Under the pieces are notes generated by a model. The model searched no databases. It was not told where the DNA came from and was given only the letters and a program-made list of their open reading frames with translations. A stretch of 64,000 bases of DNA, from the NCBI GenBank assembly GCA_051530055.1, contig CM121341.1, positions 17,276,784 through 17,340,783 of the forward strand, written 5' to 3'. This document shows positions 1 through 12,176 of the stretch, piece after piece. The position numbers and the translations under genes are program-made. The number at the start of each line of letters is the position of its first letter. Positions within the stretch are counted from its first letter, which is position 1. The DNA is from Neoechinorhynchus agilis (Eukaryota > Animalia > Acanthocephala).

Positions 1-1133
1 AAAAGCATTGGCGGCTCATAGGATGGGGAACTGTGAAGCGCGGAATCACAGTAAAACCAACCGGCGACGCTCCTGAGGTTTTGTAACAGATCCGCAGTCG
101 TGCACACAAGCACAAACAAAAATTAATTGATCATTCGTTTTTGATAAATCCGTGGGATAAACTCTGAATTTTCTAAAGAGCGAATAACTCAAATAATAAG
201 TTTTTGTTAATTTTTCAAATTCTGATGTATTTAAACGTCTCACGGCTGAAAAATGATTTAGATTTCTTAAACTATCCGAGGGTAATGTGGAAAATTCTAC
301 ACTTAATATGAGATCCAGCAAAATTGGATAAAGCCGTCGGGATATTACTTTTTTCAGTGCAAATTCTTTCTACAATTCAGAATGGAGGAGTCTTGGTCAT
401 TGACATTGAAAGTTAATCAAAAAAGGAAGTACCACACCGTTGCACCTCTCTTCGTTCGCTAATTAGTTTTTTTTAGTTAATTCAACGAATCTAATTGCAT
501 TGAATCCGAAGAAATGATGTCCTAGTATTTTTGGTTATACTGAATTAAGAAGTCATATCTTTCACCGGCAAGTTCAAGGAAAGCCGTAAAATCATATGAA
601 TATTATTTATTGTTGTTAATAGTCTAAGAATCTTAAAGTTCACATTTTTACATATCCTTGACTTCATTTATTTTTGAATCTATTAGATGGTTTTTCATAC
701 ATAATTTCTTTTCTATTTCGCGGAACTATAATAAGGTCATTCTGAGTTTTCCAACAGTAAAATACTCATTAAAACATTCCTTACATAAAACGATTAGTCT
801 ACGTTATGTTATTAGCGAAAATTCTATCAACTCAAATAATTTTTGATTTTCAAGTGCGAAAGTAAGAAGATAGTTTTTAGTCGCAATTTCCATCTGGCGA
901 TCGTTGATTCTCTTTTGTACTGAAATCGTAAAGATGAAGTCTTCGAGCTCGCTTTGATTATCTCCAAAATAGGTTCATTTTAAACCCATTTTAATTTTCG
1001 CTTTTAATAGAATGTGCTGATTGCTGCCATTTCAAAATCTTTAACGTCGGAAGCCCGGTAAAGGATACGCATTATATTTAATTAAGCCGACGACCGCCAC
1101 CGTAAACTTTGAACGATGTTTATTTCTTTGTCG

Positions 1134-2045
1134 TTAAAGTTTAACTTGTCGTGTACGGGTCTTTAATAACGACATCCCAAGAAGGTCTTTCATTAGCTCA
1201 CAATCTTCTCTGGTTTTAAGTGACGAGAAACTTTTGGATCTAACCACTCGAGCCTCACTTTTTGACTCTTCCAACTCGATCCTCGGTTCCTCAAAATGCG
1301 GTGACACGTACCATCGATTCAAATTAGAGGTCTTTATCTTTCCCCTGAGGACAGCATTTTCGTAGCTAACACTCCATATCCATTTTGAATTACAAACCAA
1401 GCTCTTTGGAGGCAAACAAGTCACGTACTTCATCGGAATTGGCACTAAATTCGTGCTATAAACCACACATCGAACTCCTGTATCTATTAATCGCACCGTG
1501 ACTGTAGATGACATTGAATATAGAATTTTGGCTCTGTACCAGGATCCACGGTGAAGAGCAATGACAAAGTCGGACGTGAGATCGTGAACACTAGTCGACG
1601 AATCATGTCCGATCGCAAGAATCCCGATTATGGATTGAAGCTCGTCGTAAAGGCGCTCAACACTTGAGTCAAATATGATCAATATGCGTTGATGATAAGC
1701 TTTTTGATTATAACCTTCGTCTGGTTTCAAAAGACGAAAGCTGATTTCACAACCGTGATCTAGTCGACTTGCAACTATATCAATGGATCCGAGTATGTTC
1801 TGGACGCATTCGGTGATTGAAGTCGAATTGCGTCGTGTAGGCGGATCTCTTCTTGTTCTATGAAATGGATATAATTCCGTTAAAGTGTCGATCATGTCTT
1901 GTTGATCACCCGTCGTACGCCATACTACGGTGTACGTTTCGTCCAACGATTGCTCATCTTCGTCATCGTCGGACGAATCTTCGGAAATGTTTGTTATTTG
2001 ACGATTATTCTGAAACTTTTTAACCAAATCCATTACATAGCCCAT
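1134..2045 (-). CDS. Extended Tudor-domain protein, single exon
   Basis: 303-aa ORF containing ALHRGSWYRAKIL...VTVRLIDTG...LVPIPMKY..LP, the Tudor aromatic-cage motif (WYRAxI...VxxxDxG) followed by the extended-Tudor LP motif. Confidence 0.8.
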   Translation of the reverse strand: MGYVMDLVKKFQNNRQITNISEDSSDDDEDEQSLDETYTVVWRTTGDQQDMIDTLTELYPFHRTRRDPPTRRNSTSITECVQNILGSIDIVASRLDHGCEISFRLLKPDEGYNQKAYHQRILIIFDSSVERLYDELQSIIGILAIGHDSSTSVHDLTSDFVIALHRGSWYRAKILYSMSSTVTVRLIDTGVRCVVYSTNLVPIPMKYVTCLPPKSLVCNSKWIWSVSYENAVLRGKIKTSNLNRWYVSPHFEEPRIELEESKSEARVVRSKSFSSLKTREDCELMKDLLGMSLLKTRTRQVKL

Positions 2046-2789
2046 CGAATAGTGGTGAATTCAGAAACTAGTAAACACGTTTAAATTTATTGCTTCGATC
2101 GTTCGGCAACCCTTTTTGATAATTTTAACTTTATTATTTGCTGCGGTTAGCTGAAAGAGGTGCGTGTGGTCGTTAAAGTATTTAAAAATTAGAGTTGCAT
2201 TGAGCACGAATTCGTCTTTTGAAAATTCCTTGAAAACGAATACTTTTTTATAAAATTATATCGTTCAAAAATTGTCTTTAATGTTCAGTTTAGATAGTAC
2301 CTTACAAAGTCGAGATTTTTCAAGATTCACCAGGAAATCGCAAATACTGGATAAGACAAACTAAGGCTTCTTGAGATGTCGCCCTAAACACATACACTAA
2401 CGCTTCCAAACCAACTGCAAAAGCTTCGTTTTCTTAAGTCGTGCAATGCTTAATAAGTACTCATTTTAAATAAAATGATAATGCCGAGAATTTATGGCTA
2501 TACACTTCTGGATGAAACGAGTAAAAATTTTCGCACTAATTCTTTAGAGCCGAATTGACTCGCTAGCTTCATTGCTCCGAAATTTCTATCTGAGTTGTTT
2601 ATTCGCACTTTACCATCGTAAAACTGATTTTTAGTCCATGAAATTCTAATTCAGTGTACAGAGATATTTCGATATTCATTGTGATTCGCTTGTTAAACGA
2701 TTGATCATTTTAATGATTATATCCTTATCGATTATTGTAACAAAGTTACAGTTGACCTACTGTCCTTAGTCGTATATTATAGATTTCGA

Positions 2790-3527
2790 ATGCGCAATGG
2801 ACTGTCTAAATTAAACAGGTTACGGCGATCAGTAAAGAAACTGGCACCAATGCCTATTGATGATCTTGGCAATATTCACATTGAGATGTGCAACCGGTGA
2901 GTATAGAAAATCTTAGATATTCTCGTTAGATGCAATATCAAAGATACAATGCGAAAACGGTAGAAAAAGTTGGTCCCGATAGAGCCTGTGCCGAATGGAT
3001 ACTCGCATGTCAGCTCGGTTTCATTCGATTTAAGTATTGGAAGACACCTATATCAACTGTGAAAAGACTTCCACCTGAACCAGTCATTGGAATATTCTCA
3101 ATTGAGGAATTGAGCTTCAAAGATAGTCCGATTAACTCCCATGGTCTCAGATATTTAAGTATGTCTTGACTTGGTGTATAGCATTTTCATCGCTTTCATT
3201 GTAGACCGGTTGAACCAATTGAAGGAAGTGGAGTTTGAAAATTGCTCAAAGATAGATGACGTCGCTTTAGCGACTTTAGTATCTTCGAAATTCAAGATTG
3301 AGCGGTTAAAGATTTGTAACAACTCATTGATCACTGATGTTGGTCTCTGTTATTTAAGTTTGCTAAAGTAGGTAGCTCGAATGTTGTAAAGTAAACAATA
3401 GCTCAATAACAGGAATCTACGTCATATGGAACTACAAAGGTTGAACAATGTTCATCAAAAATCAAAAGTTATCATGTTTTTGAAACAGAAACTACCTCAT
3501 GCCGCGATCGTCTCCGATTTCGAATAA
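2790..3527 (+). CDS. DMAC2L: Mitochondrial ATP synthase subunit s (factor B), 4 exons
   Basis: Spliced by hand with GT-AG introns 2897-2943 (47 nt), 3159-3204 (46) and 3368-3412 (45). Gives an R/L/S-rich N-terminus, NRYNAKTVEKVGPDRACAEWIL (ATP5S VGPDRAAxEWLL motif) and LRR-like CSKIDD / NNSLITDVGL segments. Confidence 0.85.
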
Positions 3528-4048
3528 GCTCTTTTTATTACAAGGGGAATTAAATCTAGAACTGGCAAAAATCTAAGTGCATGAATGCGATTAATGTTAA
3601 CTCGTATCTTTAATTTAAACAAAATTGAGGGCAAATGATTAAATTTTTAGATTCTGTAAATAAAGAAAAATCCATTAAATCCGACTATTTCTTTATTTTG
3701 ATGCCATCTTTACAACCATATTTAATTTCTTACGACTTCAACAGAATAATTGCTACAATGAAGAAAAAAAATAAATTTGTTTTCTGAATCCTTTAAAAGT
3801 TATCAATGTTGTCTGATTCTTTTATTGCACTATTTTCTGTATTTCACGCGAATAACAAATGGTATTTTCGATAATACGAGATCACTTCACGTGACCGCAG
3901 TATAGATTCCTATTTACAATCATCTATCGGATGTTTTTGCTTTTTACGTAGGGAAATAAGTAGGGCGAAAGGTGTAAGCTCCCATCTCGCCGTTATAAGC
4001 TTAAATCTTTTTAAATAAGACTCCATTTCAGAGATAACTATTGTCGTA

Positions 4049-5740
4049 ATGGTCGATGTCAATGCTAAGATAGCAAGAAAATCTGAAATAAATGAAGACA
4101 CGATATTGAATATCGAAGTATTTGGTGATGGCGTCGAAAAATCGTTTCCACCAGTATACCTTAAGCGCAAAGTAAGTCCTTCGATTTGTTTTAAATCTTC
4201 ACTTCTTTTCATTTAGAATGAGGTGCAGCGACTTACAACTAATTATTCGCATTCTAGCAAAAAGAAGCCTTCAATGCGGCTATCTTACAACCGTGACTAC
4301 GAACTGACCGAGTATGATTTTAACTGGCTAAACCGTTTGAATGAAAAATTGGACGAGATGAAAATCACTGAAAATTTGACTGCGGATCTCCTGGAAAAAT
4401 ACCTGAATGTAATCGAGGACGCATCATTCTTCGCAGACGCAAATCCTCCATTACAGTCTGATGAAAGTTGGGTGTGTGCTATATGTCTAATGGATCACAA
4501 AGATGCGGAAGGGACAATCATAGTATGTGACCGTTGTGACATGGCCATTCACGTCGAATGCTACGGTGTGGGTTACGTTCCAAATGAAGATTGGCTTTGT
4601 GAGCGTTGTAGACTTTGTCCTTCTCCAAAAGACCCAAAGTCTTTGCAATGTCAGATTTGCCCACGAATGGATCCCTGTGCTGCTATGAAGCAGATCAGTT
4701 TAAATTCTGGTTCAGATCAGAAGACAGAAGAGAATGAAACCGGCTGGGTTCATAGTGTATGTGCAGATGCATTCCCGGAGGTTGCAGCATCTAATTATTC
4801 CAACCGGGAACCTTTAGATGGACTTCAACGTAAACAGTCGGCCGTCAGACTGTTCAGTAAGCGAAGGCCCGACGACCGACTGTCCATATCTAAAGCGCAA
4901 ATTAAGCATAAATGCGACATTTGTCAGAAATCAGGAGACGGGGCTTGCGTAAAGTGTTCAAATGAAAAATGCACAGTGATGTTTCATCCTTCCTGCGGAC
5001 AATCTGTAGGCTGTAAAATGATTTTATCGAAAGGAGAACAATCTGGCTTATCGTTTCTGTGTCCAAAACATACCCTAAATAAAACGGCCATGTCCAGGAG
5101 AGCAAAGCGTTTTGCAGAGATTGTAAAAGGTGATGTCTGTGGAAAACCAAGGTCAAAACTTTTGGTTAAGTTGAAAGAAAAATCGATATCGGAAATCAGA
5201 AATTGTTTCTGTGGTGAATTCCACTCCAAGTCGAGTGGATTTGTTTTCGATCGAATTATGGTATATTGGAGCTTAAAAAGAGAACGTGCCGATGGCGTTC
5301 CGTTGGGCCGAACCCGCGCGAGAAAGTCTAACATGAAACGAATTACTAATGAAGGTGATTCTAGTGTTAATAATTTTTATAAGATTGCTGGATTGATACG
5401 CTGTGATCAAGAACGACAGTGGAAAGTGTATTCGTCGCAGTTTGCACTCTACGAGCAACAATATAGTTGCTTTTATGGATGCTTGAAATCTTGTATTGAA
5501 CGAATCGAGCTGGAAAATAAGGATTTAAAGCAAGCACGGGTTTTTGCTAGGCTCAAACGGCAATTAGCTACATTTGAGTTTTTGAATTTTAGCGAATTTC
5601 AAGATGCATTAAATGCTACCATTGAAGAATTCCTGCTAAAAGAAGAGGTAAAGAATCCGGAGGAAGTGAAAGGTCTGTGCCGTAAATGTCTTGAAATAGC
5701 CAGCCATTCTTTATCAGAAGCGGCTCGCAAATCTTGTTGA
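4049..5740 (+). CDS. BRPF/JADE/Nto1-like HAT scaffold (EPC-like region plus PHD-Zn knuckle-PHD), no bromodomain or PWWP
   Basis: ATG at 4049, 45-nt intron 4172-4216, then the 505-aa ORF. YELTEYDFNWL is EPC-like; CAIC...CDRCDMAIHVECYGV...WLCERC is PHD1; CQICP, WVHSVCA, CDIC...GACVKC...FHPSCG complete the PZP module. Confidence 0.85.
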
Positions 5741-6235
5741 TTGGTGAGTGTTTATCGAAATTAAATTATTTTGTTATATATACAGAAAATGTTAACGGCT
5801 CGTAATTTTTATAAAAGACCATCGTCACATAAAAAGTAATTTTTTGCTTTAAAAGGTTTTATTGAATAGAAAACACACTCACACACGATGTAAAGTTATA
5901 ATGAATATAATAGTAACGTCGCTAAATAATGGTGATGTCACTGGGTCAATATTCGCAAAAATAATATTTCTTATCTAAGATGAAACCTATATTGAACTTT
6001 AAAAACCACAGAGTAAAATGTATAAATACAATAAATTTAGCTCTACTCTCATTCATTCCTTTTCCTGAAAGGCAACCTGTGAACAGGTACCAAATTTAGG
6101 GAAAGGTTTAGGTAAAGACCGACGAACAGACGAATTTGTCAACTAATTGATGACTTTGTAAAAAAAATTTAATGATGCTCATAATCGATGAATCGCTTTA
6201 AACACAAGGCCTCTGCATGAATTTTACAAGAAAAT

Positions 6236-7573
6236 TTATTCAAGGGTACAGCAGCCGGGACACTCGCGCACAATATTCCTCATAACCGAATCACACTCCG
6301 GACAAAAAATCCACTTACATAGAAGGCATTTCAAGAGATATTTACAATTCTGTTTGACGCATTCGGGATTGTATTTGTGGGCGTTACTTTGACTAACGAC
6401 AAAACTATCACAGCCATCACAATGATATCCTTGAGGTGGAACCTTTAATTCGAGCATTCGTCCAAAAGGTTTTGACTGCTGAAATGTTCGAGCAATGTGT
6501 TCACCTGATACTAAAGCTAATCCACATATCCGACATTCAATCGGAATCATGCAATAAATGGCATGGCATCCTGGACACCTGAAGCCCATTTTTGATCCAT
6601 GTACATAGCAGCTCAATTTGAACTCTTTATTATGACTCGTGCCCATAGAATGGCTCATACATTGAACAGGATGGCATTTCACGTATGTCGGGTATGCAAG
6701 CCGGACGAATGAATTCTTATTATTAGCCGTGAATGCGGGTGTTATGGATATATAACTTAAGACTTTCTCCATATGATTTACATCTAAGATCACTTGATTA
6801 GTGGGGATTTCCGTTTTGCTGATTAAAGTAGCATCGCACAAGTGTTGAAGAATGCGACACTCGGCTGCCATTGATAATGCATAACATTGAATACCGACAT
6901 TTTTCAATAGAGGAAGTGTACCATTGAGAATGTCACCCGGATCAACTGAACCGAGACTTCCAGTGACCAACAAGATCTCTTTACTGGAACCCGAAGGTGA
7001 GTGGCGTAAAATGGAGGCTGCAGCGTCCAAAGATTGTTGAAGCGTTATGACATCCCGTTTATCACTCTTATCCACAAAATCGGCAGGGTTCATTTTTTCA
7101 TTATTTGAAAATATGAAAGGTAATTGAGACTTGGCATGCTGCTTCTCAAGTCTCCCACAGTTCATGTATTCTTCAAGACAGTTGGATATTGTTTGTAGGC
7201 TACTTGTCAGATTACAAGCGAGTCGGCACTTTCCATGAGAAGTTGTGATAATTCCTATCTGACCAATGGGGTTATTTGAAAAGAACTTTGAGGCGAAATC
7301 CTTGAGAAGTTTTACCGCACACGAGAGACGATTTGGAGAAAAATCAACCTCACTATGCATCCTTCGACTCACGTCCAATATTATGAACAAATGTCTCAGA
7401 AGGCAGAAATGACGGGATGCTGCGCCTGCTCGACGTTCAAGTTGCTGTTCAAGGATTTTCAAGGTGGTCCGATAAGTCAAATCGCTGGTATCCGTATATT
7501 GAACGCCATCATTGTCCTGCCATCCTTTTTCAAATGCCTCCTCCCAGGCGTAACTTTGAGTTTCAGGATTCAT
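6236..7573 (-). CDS. GTF2H2: TFIIH subunit p44, intronless
   Basis: YAWEEAFEKGW N-terminus; vWA domain (LRHLFIILDVS, NNPIGQIGII, SKEIL, GSLGSVDPGDI); C4 finger (CPGC...PIECRICGLALVS..HIAR) and C-terminal C6H2-type finger (CDGC, FCPECD, CPGC). Confidence 0.93.
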   Translation of the reverse strand: MNPETQSYAWEEAFEKGWQDNDGVQYTDTSDLTYRTTLKILEQQLERRAGAASRHFCLLRHLFIILDVSRRMHSEVDFSPNRLSCAVKLLKDFASKFFSNNPIGQIGIITTSHGKCRLACNLTSSLQTISNCLEEYMNCGRLEKQHAKSQLPFIFSNNEKMNPADFVDKSDKRDVITLQQSLDAAASILRHSPSGSSKEILLVTGSLGSVDPGDILNGTLPLLKNVGIQCYALSMAAECRILQHLCDATLISKTEIPTNQVILDVNHMEKVLSYISITPAFTANNKNSFVRLAYPTYVKCHPVQCMSHSMGTSHNKEFKLSCYVHGSKMGFRCPGCHAIYCMIPIECRICGLALVSGEHIARTFQQSKPFGRMLELKVPPQGYHCDGCDSFVVSQSNAHKYNPECVKQNCKYLLKCLLCKWIFCPECDSVMRNIVRECPGCCTLE

Positions 7574-8106
7574 GTCTAAAATCATTTATAAATGTAAACA
7601 AAAAAAATGAGGATTTGCACTCATATATTTACGAAATGGGTGAAATAATGATTTGGAACATATTTTTGAATTATGATAAATACAAAAACAATAATGAGCA
7701 CGGAGAAATTTAGAACTAATTCTGTAATTTTTAAAGTATGCTGTCGTGTAGGATACCCGAAATTTTATTATAGACTTAAATTGCCTGGCTTCTACTTATC
7801 CGAAATATCACAACAAACTTTAGACTACCTTTCTTATTTCCGAAATCGCACAAAGAAACCTATGAGATCTGTGCCATAAATCTAAACTAAGTATAATGCA
7901 AATTGTTCTAATTTTATCCAATTGATTCCTAATTCCTTGAATAGACGAAACTCTCGATACATCGAACTAAATGTTTTTCAACAATTTTAATATATTGACT
8001 GTAAATTAAGGCTAACGAAAAAGGGGTCGGTCGATATTTTCAAGTTAAAAATCAAACGGATAGAGAAGTGAATCGATAAATTCGAGTTATTGTTGGTCAG
8101 TCTTAA

Positions 8107-8301
8107 AATTCGAAAAAGATTCGTCATGGCAATTTCAACAATCTAATGCTGAAATATGCCACCGGCGATATGCGCTCCAGCAGCTTCCTGATGCAGCGAA
8201 TCAGGGAGGCGATCCAACGCTGCAATGCCGCGGCCAACAAGGAAGCTGCCGAACAATCACGACGACAGTTGCAGAATGGGACGAAAAGAAGGAATTTGTG
8301 A
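8107..8301 (+). mobile_element. 3' fragment of a CRE-clade (RLE-type) non-LTR retrotransposon
   Basis: GC-rich island translating as ATGDMRSSSFLMQRIREAIQRCNAAAN, matching the CRE C-terminal motif TGDxRxxSFLxQRISxAIQRGNA as recalled. Confidence 0.65.
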
Positions 8302-8499
8302 ACGAAAAGCAAATGTAATGACTGTTCGTCTTGAACTCCTCATAAAAGAGGTGGAAGCAACAATCAATAATTCCTTTCCGAACTCCTTGTAATGATATGC
8401 ATGGATATGATACTACGAGGCGTGAGAACTAATGTTTATCAGTTCTTCCAGTTATCTCAGCGAATTGGGAGCGTTATCAGACCATCGATCGGTCCCAAT

Positions 8500-9830
8500 C
8501 AAAAGTACTCAGAATTCTCAATACCGTTAGGAAATCGTCCAATCAGATGTCGCGTAGTAATCGCGTGCAGAGTGCAATTATTCGGGTTGACTATCTGTTG
8601 AAAAAGTTATAGTAAAATGCTTGACTCTTCCAGTGTGAAGAATTCGTGAGAGACTGAGGGAGACCAATATCTCGGAAAAATGTTCGATTTTACAATACAG
8701 TATGAAATACGGCAATTCCACACCTCCTTATTGATTCTAGGAAATTTCGAGTTCGATGGAAAGTATTATGTCTTGATTAGGTAATAAAGCCAGCATCAGT
8801 TCGAAATTGCCATTGAAAAGGAGTGGTAACCTTCCTACGGGGTTCTAGTGGACAATGAGTCAGCAACAGGGGTTTGACAAACACGTTGCCCGATAATATC
8901 TAGTCTACAGGATAAAATATCGGAAATAAGTTAGTTAATATTTAAATCCGGGTTGGCAAAAATTACCAAAATAAAGGAAAGCATAATGTTCAAAAGTGGG
9001 GGGGTAGCCATGGGCTTACCTAATGCTCCAGTTCTGGCTAATCTTTTCATGGATTACTTGGAATAAAGCGCAATGGAAACGTATGCGATCAAATCAATCT
9101 TCTACAAAAGATATGTAGACGATTTCATGGAACATCTCAACCGCCAACATAATCGAATCAAATTCACTATGAATAGGTCCGATGAAAGGTTGCCGTTTCT
9201 AGATGTATTGATTCAAAAAACGGAACACGAATTACCACATCGGTCTACAGAAAGCCGACTGAACAAATCATCTTGAGCATCTATTAAAAACCAACAAACT
9301 GATGATGATCACGACGAGCTTTGAAACGTTTTTAATAAAAAAATCATTTACCGGGTGAAGACTTAATAATTTATATATACTTTGGAGCAGTGACCATGAT
9401 AAGAGCACAAAAGTTGGTATATTCAAAGGCTTTCTGCACCGTGCCTACAATATCTGCATTGAGGAGTGCCTCATAGACGAAATCCAACAGTTGAAACGAA
9501 CAACGTGAGAGCAAGTGGATTATGGGAGAAACACCCAGTCAAAAGAAAAAGTCGTTGGCCCGAATTAATTGGACCTATGCATTTTAGTGCCGGACATGAG
9601 CCAAAAGACCAATCCTTTAAATATTAAGAACTAGAAAAATAGGCCTGTTGTCTACAAGGTTTCTTTACATCAGACAAACAGGCCGGAATCTGAAGACGAG
9701 ACTGGTCGAGTGGATGTCGCCGAATGTCTGACTACACCAAGTGCATACTGGTCACATGATCAATCTATTATTTTAACATGTGAACATAATTAGTTTCGAC
9801 GCTCAATTAAGGAGGCTTACTTCATCAAAG
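8500..9830 (+). mobile_element. Degenerate, rearranged Penelope-like retroelement (RT plus GIY-YIG)
   Basis: Broken frames give NRPI, SVKNS, NFEFDGKYY (about 8743), GVAMGLPNAPVLANLFM (about 9003), YKRYVDD, HLNRQHNRIKFTM, LPFLDVLI, thumb KVGIFKGFLHRAYNIC (about 9412), endonuclease YIRQTGRNLKTRL (about 9668) and KEAYFIKE. Stops, deletions and an insert are present. Confidence 0.9.
9293..9370 (+). ncRNA. Minimal type-I hammerhead-like motif, PLE family A, copy 1 (degenerate stem II)
   Basis: caaa-CTGATGA(9299)-tgatcacgacgagcttt-GAAAC-GTT-ttt; aaa/ttt stem I, palindromic ACGT stem III, followed by the family tail ...ccgggtgaagact. Confidence 0.6.
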
Positions 9831-9838
9831 AACAGAAA

Positions 9839-9969
9839 AAATCGATTTTGTCATAATATCGCGGATAGTTTTTCGACATGTTTAAAATGAATTTCCACTA
9901 GTTTTTCTTAAATTCTTGAAATTAAAAATCAATCGAAAAACTACCCGCGATATTATGACAAAATCGATT
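9839..9969. repeat. Fold-back (MITE-like) element, about 38-bp arms
   Basis: aatcgattttgtcataatatcgcggatagtttttcga ... tcgaaaaactacccgcgatattatgacaaaatcgatt, one mismatch between the arms. Confidence 0.85.
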
Positions 9970-10042
9970 CTTTAAAGGAAAGTCCCTTAGAAAGATCTTG
10001 CTGCTTTCATTTTTCTTAGCGCTGAACTCCAACCGAATTCTA

Positions 10043-10837
10043 TCACTTATGAGATTCCAATGTCGGAGTTATTTGACTGAGGATAAAATTTTGTCGAAAT
10101 TTCTGTATTTTGCAGTTATTTTTTTGATCGCATTGTGAACAACCTACTCGGAACTGGACTCTTCTGTTGGAATTCTGCTTCATCTCAATACTTCTTTTAA
10201 CATCGGATATGTATTTCTGCCTTCTTTGTTGAACTTCCGCTTTGTTTATAGTTTCCTTTGTTGTCTTTCTCTTCGCATTTTCTTGCTTCATGCAACTCAA
10301 GTGAACAAAACCGGCGATTCTAAACTTGATCGAAACATTCTACTTTCCCTCAGCCTCTTCGGTTCGATACTTACAACATTTTGAACATCGTGTTCCAATC
10401 CGATTCGCTCGTTAAATTTTAAATCATCAATACAATCTCCTATCAATGAAGCAATTGCGACTTCTGTATAACTCAAAAACTTCTCTTGATCCTTCGGTTT
10501 ATTCTGATCATTTCCCAAATTGTTTAACTCAATTTCCTTTGAAGCCCGTTGATTCCACTGACCTTGAGTGTTGTTGCATTTGGCAATCAGAACTTAAATG
10601 CGTTGATCTGCTAATTTGGTAGGTATTTTGCTCCTGTGACTCCTTTGATATCATCTCAGATTGTTTACAAGGATCATTCATGAGTTTACAATCGTAAGCC
10701 TCCACCTCAATGTTTTCCGATTCTGGTGGATAGTACTTCTTAGCATTTGCCAGCATGTTTTCATCTTTACTTGAAGGCCCAAAGTATTTCGAGTCTTGCT
10801 TTTCGTTCAAAATGCCACTCAGCAGTTTTCCACGCAT
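10043..10837 (-). pseudogene. Chain of three overlapping or adjacent ORFs in different frames, unknown hydrophilic product
   Basis: ORFs 10529-10837, 10297-10518 and 10043-10300 abut with frame changes that I could not fix with GT-AG introns; no recognisable domain. Confidence 0.3.
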
Positions 10838-10877
10838 TTAAATGTCGATATGTGAGGTATCGGGTTATGTGATTAGG

Positions 10878-11054
10878 ATTATTGTTTAGGTCTTCACCCG
10901 TTAAATAATTTTTTATTAAAGGCATTTCGAACCTCGTCGGGTTCATCATCAATTTGTTGTCTATTGATAACTAACAAACCGATTATGAACCCGACGAGGT
11001 GCTAAACGTCTTTAATAAAAAATTATTTACCGGGCGAAGACCTAAACAATAATT
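10878..11054. repeat. Inverted pair of PLE family-A hammerhead/tail units (about 80-bp arms, 14-bp spacer)
   Basis: Minus copy: aacaaaTTGATGATGAACCCGACGAGGTTCGAAAtgcc...gacctaaacaataat. Plus copy: aacaaaccgattatgaacccgacgaggtgctaaacgtc...gacctaaacaataat. Confidence 0.85.
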
Positions 11055-11395
11055 CCACGTACTTGTTTGTTTGATTGCTTCACATTTAAAACGATTAAAA
11101 TGGACTTAAGGGCCACTTGTTCTGTATAAACTTTGAATATATTCTTGGATTCAATGAATATTTTATTTTATTTTATTTTCAAATCTAATTCAGGCATTGG
11201 GAAATAGACAAACGCATATGTAATTAGGAATATCATGCAATTAAACATTGCACAAATATTTCTTTTTGGTCATTTTTTTGCTAATAGTTGAAGAATCCTG
11301 TTTGCTAAATACAAACGGGCCATTTTGACGAATTGTGCTAAACAAGGCCTTCGAATAAACCATAATCTAAAACAACTCACGCTTTTCCTCAAAAT

Positions 11396-12176
11396 TTAGA
11401 ATCTCATTCTTTTCTTTGACGGTTTATCTGGACTCAGATCGCCGCCTTCCATCCGCATACGTTTAGATTTCATTGATGTTCTTTGGCGATGTATGGATTG
11501 CGGGGTTAATCCAAATTGAAATGAAACACCCGGAAAAAGTTGTTCGACCTGATTAATTGATTCCTCAAAGACAGAATCCTCACAATGAATCCAGAAATGT
11601 TCTTCATTTGCTGTGATAGAATTCCCAAAGAGCATTTTGGTTAGAGTATTTGTCATTTTGGTCACTTTCACATAATTAAGAGTGGCTTCCAATACTTCAC
11701 CAATGTTGGCCCTTTGACTGCAGTTAGGCAAAACGGATCTTATCTTAAATGTTGCGTCTCTTATCTTATTCCGTCGCCTTCGCTCTACATCCCGATGTTT
11801 ACTTTTTCGCTCGATACTGCTAAGATTCTCTCTCTGTACTGAACCTATTGATTGTGCAGTGGGTATTGTTGTTTCATAAACAGTGGAATTATGTTCGGGT
11901 TGCTGTTGACAAACATAATTTTCACTAGTGTGATAATACTGGGCGTGCTGGTATGAAACTGGATCCCAAGAAGTGCCATAAGTACCACAATTGTAACAAT
12001 TTTGACCAGCATAATAAGTGCGAACGGTCTGTGGGTGTTGTGAAAGTGCGTACCTTTAAAACAAAAAATTAGACAAATCAAACAAATAATGCTTACTCTT
12101 GAGATTGGTGATTTAATTGCACATCGTCGTAGACGTTGGGGTTGTCCGAATAATTATAGGCCTGATTGGGATTCAT
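11396..12176 (-). CDS. Class-B-like bHLH transcription factor (paralog A)
   Basis: ATG at 12176, 43-nt intron 12096-12054, Y/Q/N-rich N-terminus, then KSKHRDVERRRRNKIRDATFKIRSVLPNCSQRANIGEVLEATLNYVKVT and a C-terminal basic tail. Confidence 0.85.

Noticed and set aside
46-321. 91-aa minus-strand ORF at the window edge
   Set aside because: No convincing domain; it may be a partial exon or TE debris.
3910-4212. 100-aa minus-strand ORF
   Set aside because: Antisense shadow of the first BRPF-like exon.
9688-9725. CTGAAGA resembling a hammerhead core
   Set aside because: It is coding sequence for the GIY-YIG motif RNLKTRL; there is no stem II or GAAA.
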